Assembly (NCBI RefSeq): GCF_009914755.1
Contig: NC_060930.1
DNA length: 64,000 nucleotides
Strand: one strand, 5' to 3'
Source: the human T2T-CHM13v2.0 reference genome, Homo sapiens
The translations under genes and the position numbers were made by a program. Position 1 is the stretch's first letter. The number at the start of each line of letters is the position of its first letter. Below are positions 13,346 to 27,652 of the stretch, in pieces. The notes beneath the pieces are model-generated. The model made no database searches and was not told the DNA's origin. It was given only the letters and a program-made list of their open reading frames with translations.

Positions 13346-14677
13346 CATCATTTGTTATGATGTGGTGCAATCACATTCAGGTTCAATGAAGTAGAGATGT
13401 CATTTTTCTTGTTTAACCACTGAACCAATTATGACTGACAGATCTCATTAAATAGAGCATGTTTAAATAACCATACAGTAGAACCTACAAATAATTAGAG
13501 CTCTTTCCAGCTTTTATTTTTGACTTGTCTTTAGTTATCCTCATGTTGGATGCACATTAGTCACTTGTTTCTGTCCCATCAGCCCACAGTTTTGTTTTCA
13601 GTGGGAGTGCCCAGTGAAATAATCAACATGAACTTAATTGCAACTTGACAAGCTGCAGAGTTGTTTCAATAAATGTGCAACATGCTGAGCTGTATGCACT
13701 TAGAAGTCAGCAAATGTTGACCAGTAATATCTTATTTGGGATCCACCCAGGCCCCATAACCCAGTGATGGCATTCCTCTGAAATTAGGAAGAGATTCAAG
13801 TTGCTCAATGCTCCATTTTAAACAGAAATACACCAGCAATATACCAGCTGCAGGAAAGAGGATGGGAAAGAGTCTCACAGCAGTCAAGAGCAGACAATGA
13901 TCCAAGTGACAAGAAGACACAGGCCCATTTGGGGTGTCTCCCATTCATTTCTGCTGAACTTTTTCCGAAGACCATGCTGCTCAGAATTGTGAAAGGGGAC
14001 CAATGACTATTATGAGAAACAAAATATTCTTCTTTACAAAAGCCTCCCAGAGGAATAGGGATGTTTACAGCACTTGGAGAATGGCCAAGCTGGTGTATCT
14101 TTCAGCACAAAGTGGAGACATGTTCAAGTCCAGTTCACAGCCTACGGTTTGTACATAGGCAAAGCACACCAAATGTCTCCCTAAAGGTGGTGTTACCCGA
14201 ATAGCCCTTTGAAGGCTTCTACCTGGGGAACATGATTGCCCATTGACAATCACCTCCATTTGAGAGACTCATCTGCCTCAATGCATTGTGCAACTTCAGG
14301 AAGCCTCATTCGAGGGCCTGAGACAAACATCTGGAGTGTTCAGCTGAGTCAAACCAAGTAAGTCAAAAGGGTGACCACTGTGCCCCTGATCCTTTCCAGC
14401 CTCATCGCTAACTCAGTGGTTGCTTCTCACTAGTACTAGTAGTACCTCCTGGGAGCAAGAAACAGAAATACAACTCATGGCAGTTTAGGCCTAATGAAAG
14501 GAAGACCCTTTTAATCAGGAGAAAGAAAATGTTCAAACTCCAGCATCATAGTGTGAGTGTGGAGTGAGCATTTCCTAGAAGGGAACTGTTGTTTTGGGCA
14601 TATAAAACAACAGATGTCCACTCCTACTTTCTGTCATTTCCCACAGGTGATATTGATGTATAGCAGTATTGATGCTT

Positions 14678-14866
14678 TAAATCAGGTTCACTACCTGCTT
14701 TTATAAAGTTTTTTTTTTTGATACAGCCAGTTCTATTCATTTACTTCTAATTTCTGGTTGTCCATTTGTTATAATGGCAGAGTTAAATAGCTGCTCTAGA
14801 GACTATGTGGTCTACAAAGCCTGTATCTAATATCTGACTCTTCACAGAAAAACTGCTTATCCCTGC
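14678..14866 (+). mobile_element. MER58A (hAT-Charlie)
   Basis: ATAAAGTTTT...ACAGCCA...ATGGCAGAGTTAAATAGCTGC...AGAGACTATGTGG...CTTCACAGAAAAACTGCTTATCCCTG. Confidence 0.8.
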
Positions 14867-15799
14867 TTTAAATCATTCTCTCAGAGAATATCTAGATTTA
14901 AAATTTGGCTTAAGTAAATCCAAAATGGTTACAGGTTTGACAAACCTTTCCAGTCCCTATTTTTTTTAAAGGGACTGATTATATATTTATATATATTTGA
15001 TTATATGTCTAAATGTATATATTTATTGCTGTAACTACCCTGAGATATTTAGTTTATTTAGTTGTTTGTCAACCAGTTTTAAAAACTAAAACATATGGGA
15101 TTTATAACAGATTTACACTTCAAAAACTGATCATTTAAGAACAAATAATTAGGCTTTCCATCTACCCTAAATGTTCAAGAATTTTATGTAGTATGGCCAT
15201 GACTCTACTTCAACTCCTTTTTATTAATTAACCAACTAATTTCAAATCATAAACAGATAATGATGGTCTTTTTATATATTTAAATATCTTACAAAGTCTG
15301 GACAAAATTTGACAAAAGTAAATACTCATATTCTTCATGATGTAATTATTGCTGACTAAAAATCCTATTTTCCCCAGGCTTGACTTAGATGGTCCTGGAA
15401 CTTTCTACCACTAAAGATCTCTAAAAAGCCATGTGCTAACGGCTTATAGGGAACTTCCTTCTAATATTCCATTTTATCTCTGTAATTGCTAAAATCGCCT
15501 GGGAAACTAACTAGATTATTAGTTCATGAGAAGACTTTTATGGGTTTTCTAATGATCCAGATAGTTTATGCCTTACTCCTTCTGACTTTTCCGTGAATTA
15601 TGTAACTTAATGATGAAACAATGGAAGATTAAATAAATAAATAAATAAAAGTCCTGAAAGGACATTTACTCTTTTTTGCCTCAAAACATTTTATTGATGC
15701 TACAGTTCAGGTTATTAATGATTCAAAAAAACAATGGTAAAATTTAACTTTAAAAAAAAATTTATTTTATTTCAAAAACAAAGAAGCAGCCAACCAAAC

Positions 15800-16110
15800 A
15801 AACAAAAACATGTAATGAGGACCTACTGTATTTCAGCAAAGCACTAGTTTGGCTAGTGGCGGATATAAGAACATCTAAGACAATGTCATCTCCAAAGAGA
15901 CTCCCAATTTGGGAGGAAGATAAAACAGATAGACCGCAAATTATAATGCAATTCAGACTTTGAAAATAAGAGTTTTGATGGAGGAAAATGAAAGTGCCTT
16001 GGAAGCATAGTGTAGAGGGCAATTAATTCTAAACAAGGAAGGAGACTGGGGTTCCCAGAAAATGTTTCACAGGGAGCATGCATTGGAATTCAGTCTTGAT
16101 GCTCATGGTG
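15800..16110 (-). mobile_element. L2 LINE 3' remnant
   Basis: AAACATGTAATGAGGACCTACTGT...GCACTAG...AAGACA...; reverse L2 3' region. Confidence 0.6.
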
Positions 16111-16484
16111 TGTGAAGGGTGGGAATGAGAACTCTGGTTCACTATAGACTTCAAGGAGAGAGAATATCACGACCCAACGCAAAGAGATTTGTGTGCTTTT
16201 CTTAATCACTTACCATATTTCATTGAAATGAGTTGTTTAAGTGTCTGGTTTGCCTTTCCTACCACACTTTAAGTTCCTAAGAAGGAGTCACATCTTCACT
16301 GCACTACCAAAGTCTCACACAGCGGTGTCCCTTGAATTAAGCAATGACCCAAGTATGTGATTAAATCCATTTCACATTCACCTTGTCTTCAATTGCAATT
16401 CAAGTTTTCCAATATTCAAGCTTTTAAGAAGCTATGAGTAATTTTAATGCCACCCTAAATCTTACCAGTTTACTAAGACAATAT

Positions 16485-16640
16485 ATTTACCCTCTCAGAT
16501 CCTCAGGTTTCTAATCTACAAGTTGGGAAGGGGAGAGTAGAGAGGGATGTGGCAGGGAAAGAATAATATCACTTACATCACAGAGATTAGGATAGAATGA
16601 GGCAACACGTGTCAAGTGTTCAGCTCCATGATGAACCCAT
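16485..16640 (+). mobile_element. MIR remnant
   Basis: TTTACCCTCTCAGATCCTCAGGTTTCTAATCTACAA...AATGAGGCAACACGTGTCAAGTG. Confidence 0.6.
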
Positions 16641-16803
16641 AGGAGATACATTCATTTCTTTCAAAATAAAGAACAATAATTGCATTTCTCATATGCTCAA
16701 TACTAGCATACGATTTTCTAAAACTTGTCCCAAGGACCCGATTTCCCTGTGGGCTCTTCCAAAAGCATTTCTGGGATGCTGCACAACATGGTCACCTCTA
16801 GGA

Positions 16804-16840
16804 GAATTACACTGCGGGAATTACACTGTGGGAATTACAC
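16804..16840. repeat. 14-bp tandem repeat GAATTACACTGYGG x2.6
   Basis: GAATTACACTGCGG GAATTACACTGTGG GAATTACAC. Confidence 0.9.
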
Positions 16841-17005
16841 CACACAGCCACGTGTTAAAGTCTCAAAGAAGTCCTGCAGTAAACAAGTCTGCTTAGCTTT
16901 CTTGAGCCCAAAGTTTTTCAAACTTATTTGAACCCAGACTTTTTTCTCATGATGCTGGTATCCATCAAGACACACTTTACAAATTCAAATCTAAAAATTG
17001 TACAG

Positions 17006-17276
17006 GGCTGGGTATGGTGGCTCACACCTATACTCCCAGCATTTCAGGAGCCTGAGGAAGGAAGATCACTGGAGCCAAGGACTTCAAGTCCAGCTTGGGC
17101 AACATAATGAGACCCCACCTCTACAAAAACAAAAACAATCCAACAGAAACATTAGCTAGGCATGGTGGTGCATGCCTGTAGTCCCAGCTACTAGGGAGGC
17201 TGAGGCAAGAGTTCAAGATTGCCATAATTCCACCACTGCACTCCAGCCTGGGTGACATAGGGAGACTGTGTCAAAA
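17006..17276 (+). mobile_element. AluJ with a small deletion in the right arm
   Basis: GGCTGGGTATGGTGGCTCAC...GATCACTGGAGCCAAGGAC...CAACATAATGAGACCCC; right arm GAGGCAAGA|GTTCAAG lacks ~20 nt. Confidence 0.93.
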
Positions 17277-17305
17277 AAGAAAGAAGAAAGAAAGAAAGAA
17301 AGAAA

Positions 17306-17357
<52 letters not shown>

Positions 17358-17362
17358 GAAAG

Positions 17363-17420
<58 letters not shown>

Positions 17421-17425
17421 GAAAG

Positions 17426-17484
<59 letters not shown>

Positions 17485-17520
17485 GGAAGGAAGGAAGGAA
17501 GGAAGGAAAAGAAAAAAGAG
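17273..17520. repeat. Long (GAAA)n/(GGAA)n compound microsatellite derived from the Alu tail
   Basis: ~245 bp pure purine tract. Confidence 0.98.
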
Positions 17521-18294
17521 AATATGGTATGGTAGGCCCATTACTTTCACTCTGCCCTACAAATGTCCTTGCCCTTCTTCACATTCTATCACATGCATAA
17601 GTAAAAGTAGCAGGAAAGTGGTTCTTTGGTTTGATTTGGTTTTGTGCCTCTGAAATAACCATTTTACAGTATCATGTGTTAAATGTGAGTTATATACTCC
17701 CCTTTCCATGAATATTGAGCGTCCTTCTTTAAAATCAAAGTAAAATAATTAAAGACCATGTTATTTTAAGGTTTTATTTATAGTTTTTATTCTTTTAATT
17801 TTTTTTACATCTGTGCCATTTGGGTTTACTTATTTATTTTTAATGCAGAGATGAAAGAAGTTTCAGGAAAACCTCTAGAGTGACTCTCACCACCCACGGT
17901 TGCCTGGACCTTTAATGGTCTCACCTGGGCTCCGCACTGTCCTACCTCCTGCCACCAGCCCTGGAAAGGACGCAACGTTGTTATCATTTGTCATTCAACA
18001 CTAGCTAATAATTCTGTGTTGAATTCAAACCTCTTTCATCATAGGCTTACTTTTTAATTATTTTACTTTCACTTTATCCAGGAGTCCCAGTCTGAGGATA
18101 TATTCACCTTTCAAAAAATATCATATGTAATAATGAAGCCACGTCTCTCATGCTGTGAAACTAGTAAAATAGAAATGTATCTCTCATAAGCTCTGAACTC
18201 TAGTAAAAAAGACTGAAAACATTTTAAGTGATAAAACAATAGTAGCATAACATTAAACATACAAATATATGTTTTGAAATTTTAATGGAAAATA

Positions 18295-18420
18295 TATGTA
18301 GCCTCCATATCAGATTTTAAGTTGCTCAGTGGCTGAAACAACCTCTGGTTTTTCTTGTTATCCCAGGGTTCTAGTACAGTGTCTTGTACACAGTGTATTC
18401 TCAAACATTATTCATTGAGC
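18295..18420 (+). mobile_element. L2 3' end
   Basis: TATCCCAGGGTTCTAGTACAGTGTCTTGTACACAGTGTATTCTCAAACATTATTCATTGA. Confidence 0.65.
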
Positions 18421-18747
18421 TAAATTTAGCTCTTTAAAGAGTTAAGTCTTCAGTGGAAGTTATTGCAGGAAAATCTGGATCTTTGAAGAGTAATGAACTG
18501 TAATTGCATATCAATTTACTGTGTCTTCACATAACTAAGATCTAAGTCAGCGAAAAAATAAGGTGGCCCAAATGTCCTGAAACTCACAGCATTCTTGATC
18601 CTTTAAATCAGAACATATAAGAAAAAATAAAATGTATTTTACATTTGTGTTAGAAATTTTCTTAGCTTGCTAAATAAGCATCTGTATTATCCAGAATTTA
18701 AAATGGGGTTGTTATCTTGCCATTCTCAAGTTTCAGAAGAGGATACG

Positions 18748-18848
18748 GGGAGGAGAAAAAGAAAGTGGAGGAGGGGCAAATAGAAAAAGAGAGAGAAAAG
18801 AAGGGAGAAGAAGGAAGGGAGGGAGGGAGGGAGGAGGGAGAGAAGAAA
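18748..18848. repeat. GA-rich low-complexity purine tract
   Basis: GGAGAAAAAGAAAG...GGGAGGGAGGGAGGAGGGAG. Confidence 0.85.
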
Positions 18849-19859
18849 TCTAGGTTTGCTTATTTGTATATTTCAAGCAACTTTTACAGTTTGTCCAAGA
18901 GTGAATCTAAATTAAATTGAATTTCCCTGTATCACTTTTCCTCAAACTTCAGTGTTGTACAATCAGTTTCAAAACAGAAAAGTTTGATAATTAACTAATT
19001 TTTCATCAGTCCATTATCAATAAAATTCAATAATGAATCCCAAAATTTAATAATGTAAAAAAATCACTAAATTAAAAAATTCTTATATTTACTTTTGCAT
19101 TTATTGCTGTTGCACTTTTTAAAAATGCCTTGTTACACATATAAAGGCAAGATCCCCAACTGACATTTCCTCATAGCCTGCATATCATGAGTATCCTGCT
19201 TCCTGCTTTGGGTGGGGCTCTTTTCACTTCAGTGTGTTTGCACTTCTCTGTGACAAGGGAAGGCCCCAAAGTCCCACTACTTCTCTCTAACCAATTATGA
19301 TAAAACCATCTCCATAATATCATTTGGCCTTCACATACCACAAATAGTTTATTTATTTACATAGTAAATCCACTCCTAAATTTTCTTCATTACTCCATAA
19401 CAGTAAGTTCCCAAATTCATTTTTATGGTGTCAGACCAAAGTCTAAATTTTTAAATAAGGAATTAAAGTCTTGGTCAATTAAATAGTTTTTCCGTTGCAC
19501 ATTCTTGTTGCAAACGAAAAGTTCTATCATTATACTGGCAAAAGGAACTCATCTCAATGGCTACCTTAGGACAAATATTTTGACATTAGTTTGGGCCAAG
19601 GATATTAGGAGTTAAGTACTAACTTCTTTGATGATCTCTCAGCATTGATGCAACAGTAACACAAATAGAGACCCTGAATCCATATAGCAATCTTTGGTGA
19701 TCTGGCGTAAGAAACATGTACATTTTTTAATTCAGTAAAATGAAAAAACTAATAAGTTCTCATAGAACTTGCAAGCTCTGAAGAATACATCAGAATATTT
19801 CAATTTGCAAAGCACTGCCATTTAGATCTACAGTCTTACACATCAAATTTATTATTTAA

Positions 19860-20192
<333 letters not shown>

Positions 20193-21172
20193 CTGGATTC
20201 TTAAATTATCAATTTTTGAAAGTTTTATAAAACAGTTTTTAAATAAAAGATGTTTTTTCCCACCTAAAACATGATTTAATCTGCAGTTTTATTTTATTAA
20301 TGTGCTCCACTCCACGTGAGTTTTTTTTTCTATTGAGTTTCAGTTGCTGAGACTTGTAATTCAGCATCTGAGTAGTAAAATCATCCATCCAAGACCTGTT
20401 AACAAGGACACTCATGAAAAATAGCTTGTAATATCTTCTGCAATTACATGATACTTCTCCTAAACTAATCTTATCGTTGTGAAACTAATAGGATTTTTTT
20501 CTTTTTCTTTTTTTTAGTAACTAAGAATTTAGCTTTGAAAGTGGTATTTTCTGCTATATATTGTTGACCATTTCCTTTCTTTCTGAGTTGAATTTTTCCC
20601 TTGGAGGTGGAATCATTCTTTCAGGGAAACTATCACTTTATCTGACCGTGTCATCATTCAAAATGTGTATGCCCACAAAAAGATAGAAAATGGAGCAAAA
20701 TGTCAACATGTAATGAAAATAAAAAACTATGTGACTCTTTGGAATTTGTTTTTTTCTTTGCAGAAAAACCAACTTTGTTTTCCAGAACACCAACCAGATA
20801 AGCATCAAATTGTATTAACTGACCATATGGATCTACTCCAAAGAACCAATTTCAGAGTCACTGAGTTTTCTGACTTTGAATAAGATCATATCATTTCTTT
20901 GGGCATAATTTGCTGAAATTCAATTTAAATCAGTCTAAACTCATGGCCATTACCTACAAATACCTAGAGTTATCTTGTATCATGAGAGCTAGCAAAATTT
21001 CTGTTTTACTCTGATATGAACAATCTTTACTTCTAGGATATTAATTGATATAAAAGGGTATATGTATAAACAAATATGAAATTATCCTTGAGGCATGGAA
21101 AATTTGATCCTCTTAAAGAGCTCTTTGGTTTGATGTTGCTTGGTTTGCTTTCTTTTTGTTCTGAGAATTAGC

Positions 21173-21183
21173 ATGACTCAGCA
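21173..21183 (+). promoter_or_regulatory. Consensus ARE/NF-E2 (CNC-sMaf) motif
   Basis: ATGACTCAGCA in unique sequence; motif match only. Confidence 0.3.
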
Positions 21184-21973
21184 GTCTGTAATGTTAATTG
21201 CAATCAAGACCAACAAGTTAATTCAAATAAGGAAACTTCAAGAAAATCATTAAAGTACCAGGCTAGCTATTAATGATGATAATAACAATAATGATATTTT
21301 ATGTGTCTATAGTTACTTTTTATATGAGCATTTAAGAGGACTTTACTAATAAATACTTTGATTTTACCCAAATAAAGCTACTTTTTCAATTATATGCACT
21401 TCTGTAAAATTGCTTCAAATATCAGTATGCATCATACACATAGAAGCCTTGAATTTTAGCACTTGAACCATTTATGCACTTAGTTTATTTAAAGAATATC
21501 AGTTTTTTTAATGTTCTAGAAATAGCTTGCATCCTGAAAATTGATTACAGGTGTTATCAAAGTTAAACAGCTATTATTATAAATGATACAAGAGAAAATA
21601 TAGATATATGCACCTCTTTTATAGGTCAGAAATGGAAATTCTAATGACCTAGAAAAGAACATTTTTGGAAATTTGTCTCATCTCAGTGAAACTTAGGCTT
21701 TTTCTTGTTCTTCCAGGTTGAATACTTTAATAGCAAAACTCTTTGTCTTAAAAAATATATATACACATACACATGCCTTGGGTTCAGGGGTGCTCTGATA
21801 CATTGTAAGTTATCCTAGATGAGAGAGTATCCTAGGAGTGATCATTCCTCCTCTCTGCTGAGTGAGCCCCTCCAGGATGGGGCTGAGCAGTGCATTTATC
21901 CCCTAAAAGATAAATTTAGCTCTGTGGTGAAAGGCATTGAGTTGTCAATGGTTCCCTAATGAAACCTTCACTT

Positions 21974-23421
<1,448 letters not shown>

Positions 23422-23624
23422 TAAGCAACAACAAACTCCCTTACCCAGCAGTATTACTAAAATGACTAGAAGCATTAAGGTTTGAGGACATTCCTAGCAC
23501 AATGCCAGACCCTTTATGACTTTTTTGACCCATGACAACAATCCCACTTAAAATAAAACAAAAACAAACAAAGAAAAGCAAAACAGACTCTGTAAACAGA
23601 AAATTCACTTGCTACTTTATAGCC

Positions 23625-23815
23625 AGGTCTCTTAACCTGAGGTCCATTGGATTGCTTGGTCTCTAGAGAGGCTTCAGGTAGTCTGTGAATCCTTTGATTT
23701 ATAATCAAAATAGTTGGGGTGGGGGAAAGATGTACATGAAAATTTTCCTAGAGTCCATCTCTCTCATCAGAGACTCCAAAAATTTCTTGACTCAGGAGAG
23801 TTTAGAAACCATTGC
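23625..23815. mobile_element. MER103-like hAT-Charlie MITE
   Basis: CAGGTCTCTTAACCTGAGGTCCAT...GAGTCCAT...TCATCAGAGACTC...GTTTAGAAACCATTG termini. Confidence 0.6.
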
Positions 23816-24234
23816 CTTATACTGATAATATTGTTGTTGGTAACAATGATGACATAATATGAAAATTCCCTTCTTCGCCACCTACCATACTCTCACAAAT
23901 TCACCAAAAAAAAAACAAAAAAAAACCAATAACAACAAACAAAACAAAAACAATATTTGGTAATTTGGTATCAGTACCAGCAATTCCCTGATGATTTTAA
24001 GTGTAAAGGTAGGTGTACAGCCCACAAGTTATCCACTACTAGTCCACCATCCCTTGGATACACTCGCCTGGTTGGCGTTTCTAGTTTCTCCATTTCTCAT
24101 ATTTGTCAATCCCCTTCTGCTAATTTCTGGGTATAATATAAATTAAAATGTTAATATATAGCTATTTGGGCAAGGTGAAGATATAGAGTGTCTTGAATCC
24201 AGGTCACTAGAATTTGTAGAGCAGCCTACAGTTT

Positions 24235-24400
24235 AAAAGTATTTACTGTGAGTTAGGGTATAATTCATTTCCATTTTATAGATCAGAAAACAGAGTGCTT
24301 AGGGGTTAGATGACTGGCCTAATTTTATCCAGCTGGTGCAGTGCCAGGACTTAAGCCTAAAAGTTCTGACTCAAAATTCTTGTTCCACAAACTGAGACAG
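24235..24400 (-). mobile_element. MIR
   Basis: CCATTTTATAGATCAGAAAACAGAG...GGTTAGATGACTGGCC...TTCTGACTCAAAA. Confidence 0.8.
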
Positions 24401-25119
24401 CTTTTCCCAAAGGAATGAAACCCAGCCTTTCTCTTCCACAGTGCTCCATTAAAAAAAAAAAAAAAAAAAAAATCAAATACGTGCCAATTAATATAGCTCT
24501 GTATAGGGAGATTTTAAAATATCTGGAAACAAACTAACCAAACAACTGTTTAACTTTCTCATCCTAGACATGACCAGAAGACTTATTGAACAAAAACACT
24601 GCAATGATGCTATACTAGATCCAGCTCTATCTTTGAAAGTAACCTCTTTGGGTTGGAGAGTTGTGATGGAGAATAATGTTTTTATACCCTCTTCCCCAAT
24701 AACCTCGAAACATATATTTTGAATGAATTAGCCACCAAAAGAAAAAAATGTGTTTTCTCTTGACTATTTGCTTTAGTTTATTAAGGTTTTCAATCAACAC
24801 TCTTCCTTATCCAAAACCCTTCTCTTACTTCCAGTCTTTTCCAGGTAATACTGTTACTGGTCTCCCTGGGGCTATTTTTCTAGTACAATCAAGTCTGCTA
24901 TTTTTTTTTTTTTTTTTTTTTTTTTGCCAGATAATCCTTCTAAACACAAACCAAATGGCATCAGTCTCCTGCTCAAAAACACTGATCATTACCTACTACA
25001 GGATACCCTTAATGAGCCCTTCTGTAATCTGGATTCAAAATCTTCAATTTTGTCTCTTTCTGTTCTCTATACCAATGGTGATAAATATGTGGAACATTTA
25101 TCATTGTTTCTCCCCAAGC

Positions 25120-25975
25120 TCACATATTCATTCAACATATAGTTGTTGGATATCTGCCACATGCCATGTACCCTGCAGGGTTATCACAGGCATGTGACCC
25201 TGACCTCATAGAGCTCATCATTTAGAAAAGACAGACAATTAGAAAGAGAATAAATAAACTATAAGAATTACTAAGGAAACTGAGTGACTGTTGAGATATA
25301 GAAAATCAGCATGGGGTTTGTGGCAGAAAAGAAGGGAGTTATTTAAATAAGATGATTAGGGAAGGCAAAGGGGAGGATGTGACATTTTAAATAAGAGGAA
25401 GTTGGGCCAGGCACGTTGGCTCATGCCTGTAATCCCAGGCTTTGGGAGGCTGAGGCAGGCGGATCTCATGAGGCTAGGCGTTTGAGACAGCCTGGCCAAC
25501 ATGGCAAAGTCCTGTCTCTACTAAAAATACAAAAATTAGCTGGGTGTGGTGGTGTGCGCCTGTAGTCCCAGGTACTCAGGAGGCTGAGGCGGGAGGATCA
25601 CTTGAACCCAGGAGGCGGAGGTTGCAGTGAGCAGAGATAGCACCACTGCACTTCAGCCTGGGTGACAGGGCAAGACTCCATCTCAAAAAATAATAAACAA
25701 ATAAACAAATAAATAAATCTAAAAAGAAGTTACAAATTTAGGGACCAGTATGTGCGAAGAGCCCAAGGTGGGAAAGAGTTTGCAAAAGCTGAAAGAGGCC
25801 CTTCTGGATGGAGACCAGGGAATCGAGACAGTGGCCTCCAATGAGAATGAGTCCAGCTTCTGCAGGTCCCTAAAGGCTATGGGGACAGTTTGTTTTTTAC
25901 CCAATGTAATGGGAAGTCAGTAAAGAATTTTAATCGGGGAAGTGCCACAATTCAATTAATAATTTTGAAAGACCA
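25120..25975 (-). mobile_element. L2, interrupted by the Alu at 25405
   Basis: ATTCATTCAACATATAGTTG...CCTGACCTCATAGAGCTCA...TAATGGGAAGTCAGTAAAGAATTTTAA. Confidence 0.65.
25405..25718 (+). mobile_element. Alu (AluS/Jb-like) with a (TAAA)n tail
   Basis: Full dimer; degenerate TSD AAGAGGAAGTT / AAAAGAAGTT. Confidence 0.96.
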
Positions 25976-26634
25976 AGAAGGCATTGATAACCAAGACAAT
26001 CCTCTGCCTTTACAGGGAATTCAAATTGTAATAGTACTGATCTTGAAAAGTACAGATATTAGGGTATTAGGAAAAAAGGCACCATACATTGTACAAATAC
26101 GTGTTTGTTTCAGATTTTAGTCTAACAAAAATAAGTCTGGAAAATTTTAGAGGGTTCATTTCAGGACTGGAACTGTATTAAGCATCTCTTTTCTGGATCT
26201 AAGGTCTGGAGTACAGTACATGGAGACAAGGAAGTGCTTTCAGTCACAACTTCAACTCTTTTGGCCTATTAGTTGTAGAAGTCTAGACAGGGTAGAATAG
26301 AATGCAAATTTCAGAATATATTATAAAGCAAACCTAGTTTGACTTTCAGAGCATGAATATAGATTGCATACCAAGTGAATCCCATATATAAAACTACCTA
26401 ACATCTAAGAAAATAATTCTAGACCAAAAAAATTTTTTTTAATATTTAGAGCAGATAATAGTCCCAGGGCAGCATAGGTTATAAGCTCATGTTTGTTTCA
26501 AATTGTCCTCATCTTCCTGATTCTATGCTGCTTTTATTTTCAAGAAAGAGAAAAGTCCCCCTACTTCACCGCTTGCTTCCTTCCTATCACATTCCTGGAA
26601 AGTACCTCTAACTTGATCATTATAATAGACAATA

Positions 26635-26822
26635 TTAATTTAACATTTATTTCATGCCTGGGACTGTTCTAAGCACTTTAACTATGTAATCTGACTTTCA
26701 AATGAGGACACTGAGGCTGCATGAGGTTATATAATTGCAGAAGGTTATAAAACTACCAAAGATTTAAGACAGGATTCAAACCCAGGTCTAACTCAAAAAC
26801 CTGTGTTCCTACCTACTATGCT
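26635..26822 (-). mobile_element. MIR
   Basis: ACTGTTCTAAGCACTTTA...AAATGAGGACACTGAGGC...GGATTCAAACCCAGGTCTAACTC. Confidence 0.85.
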
Positions 26823-27289
26823 GGGGGGAGATGTGAGATAGTTTTGTAGAATTGTTCATGGGGAAGAAATCATTCTAACAACCTTAGGATTTCAGCTCCC
26901 TACAAGAAGAAATGCTCAGCAAATGGTTCACAGTAGCAGCACTTGCAGGTTAAATATGAATCGCAGATGCCATTTCCAGTCTGTGGATATGAAAATTCAG
27001 TGATAGTAATAAAGATGGCTTTCTGTATGTTTTTATGAACGTTAACTGTACTTGAAGGCAATGTTAGACATCCTTAAGACGTGGCAGATTTTGGCAAAAG
27101 CTGTACTGTAGTTTCTTATCATGGAAGTCTAAGAGTTAAAAAAAGAAGAAAGTGACTAGTCAAAGAGTAAATATATGTGTTCTAAAGGTTGTGAGATAAA
27201 TTTAAATAAAAATAGAAGAGAAAAAAAGTGTAAGTTTCTAGGTGGTATCTTTTAGAAATATATGGAAAAAAAAAAAAAGATCTTAACAC

Positions 27290-27652
27290 ATAAGCCAGAG
27301 TTCTCCAAAGATGGTAAGATGTTTAGCACTGCTAGAATACAGGATGATTTTACAAGAGAGCTGAATGAATATGATCTCTATTGTGATAGCTCCATCTTTA
27401 CTATAATGTGTATTCAGAAAAATACTACATATATTTGTGTATATACATATATATATACATACATGTATCGCATTAAATCTATGAATTCAGGACTATAACC
27501 CTTAACATAAGGTTCAATAAAAATGTAATTTTATTTATGAAAAGAATCATTTAAAATTATGTAAATATCAGTAGACTAGTATGATGATATGCCAAAAATT
27601 GTGAAGATGGTATTTAAGTAATTGATATTAATGAACAAATTTGAAACCTGGT
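27290..27652. mobile_element. Possible hAT-Charlie remnant (MER113-like)
   Basis: End resembles CAAAAATTGTGAAGATGGTA...AATTTGAAACCTG; heavily decayed. Confidence 0.3.

Noticed and set aside
17191-17600. ORFs of 110-119 aa (K/E/R-rich or F/L/S-rich)
   Set aside because: Translations of the GAAA microsatellite and Alu.
24748-25197. Longest ORF (149 aa)
   Set aside because: Spans a poly-T run and L2 debris; no recognisable domain.
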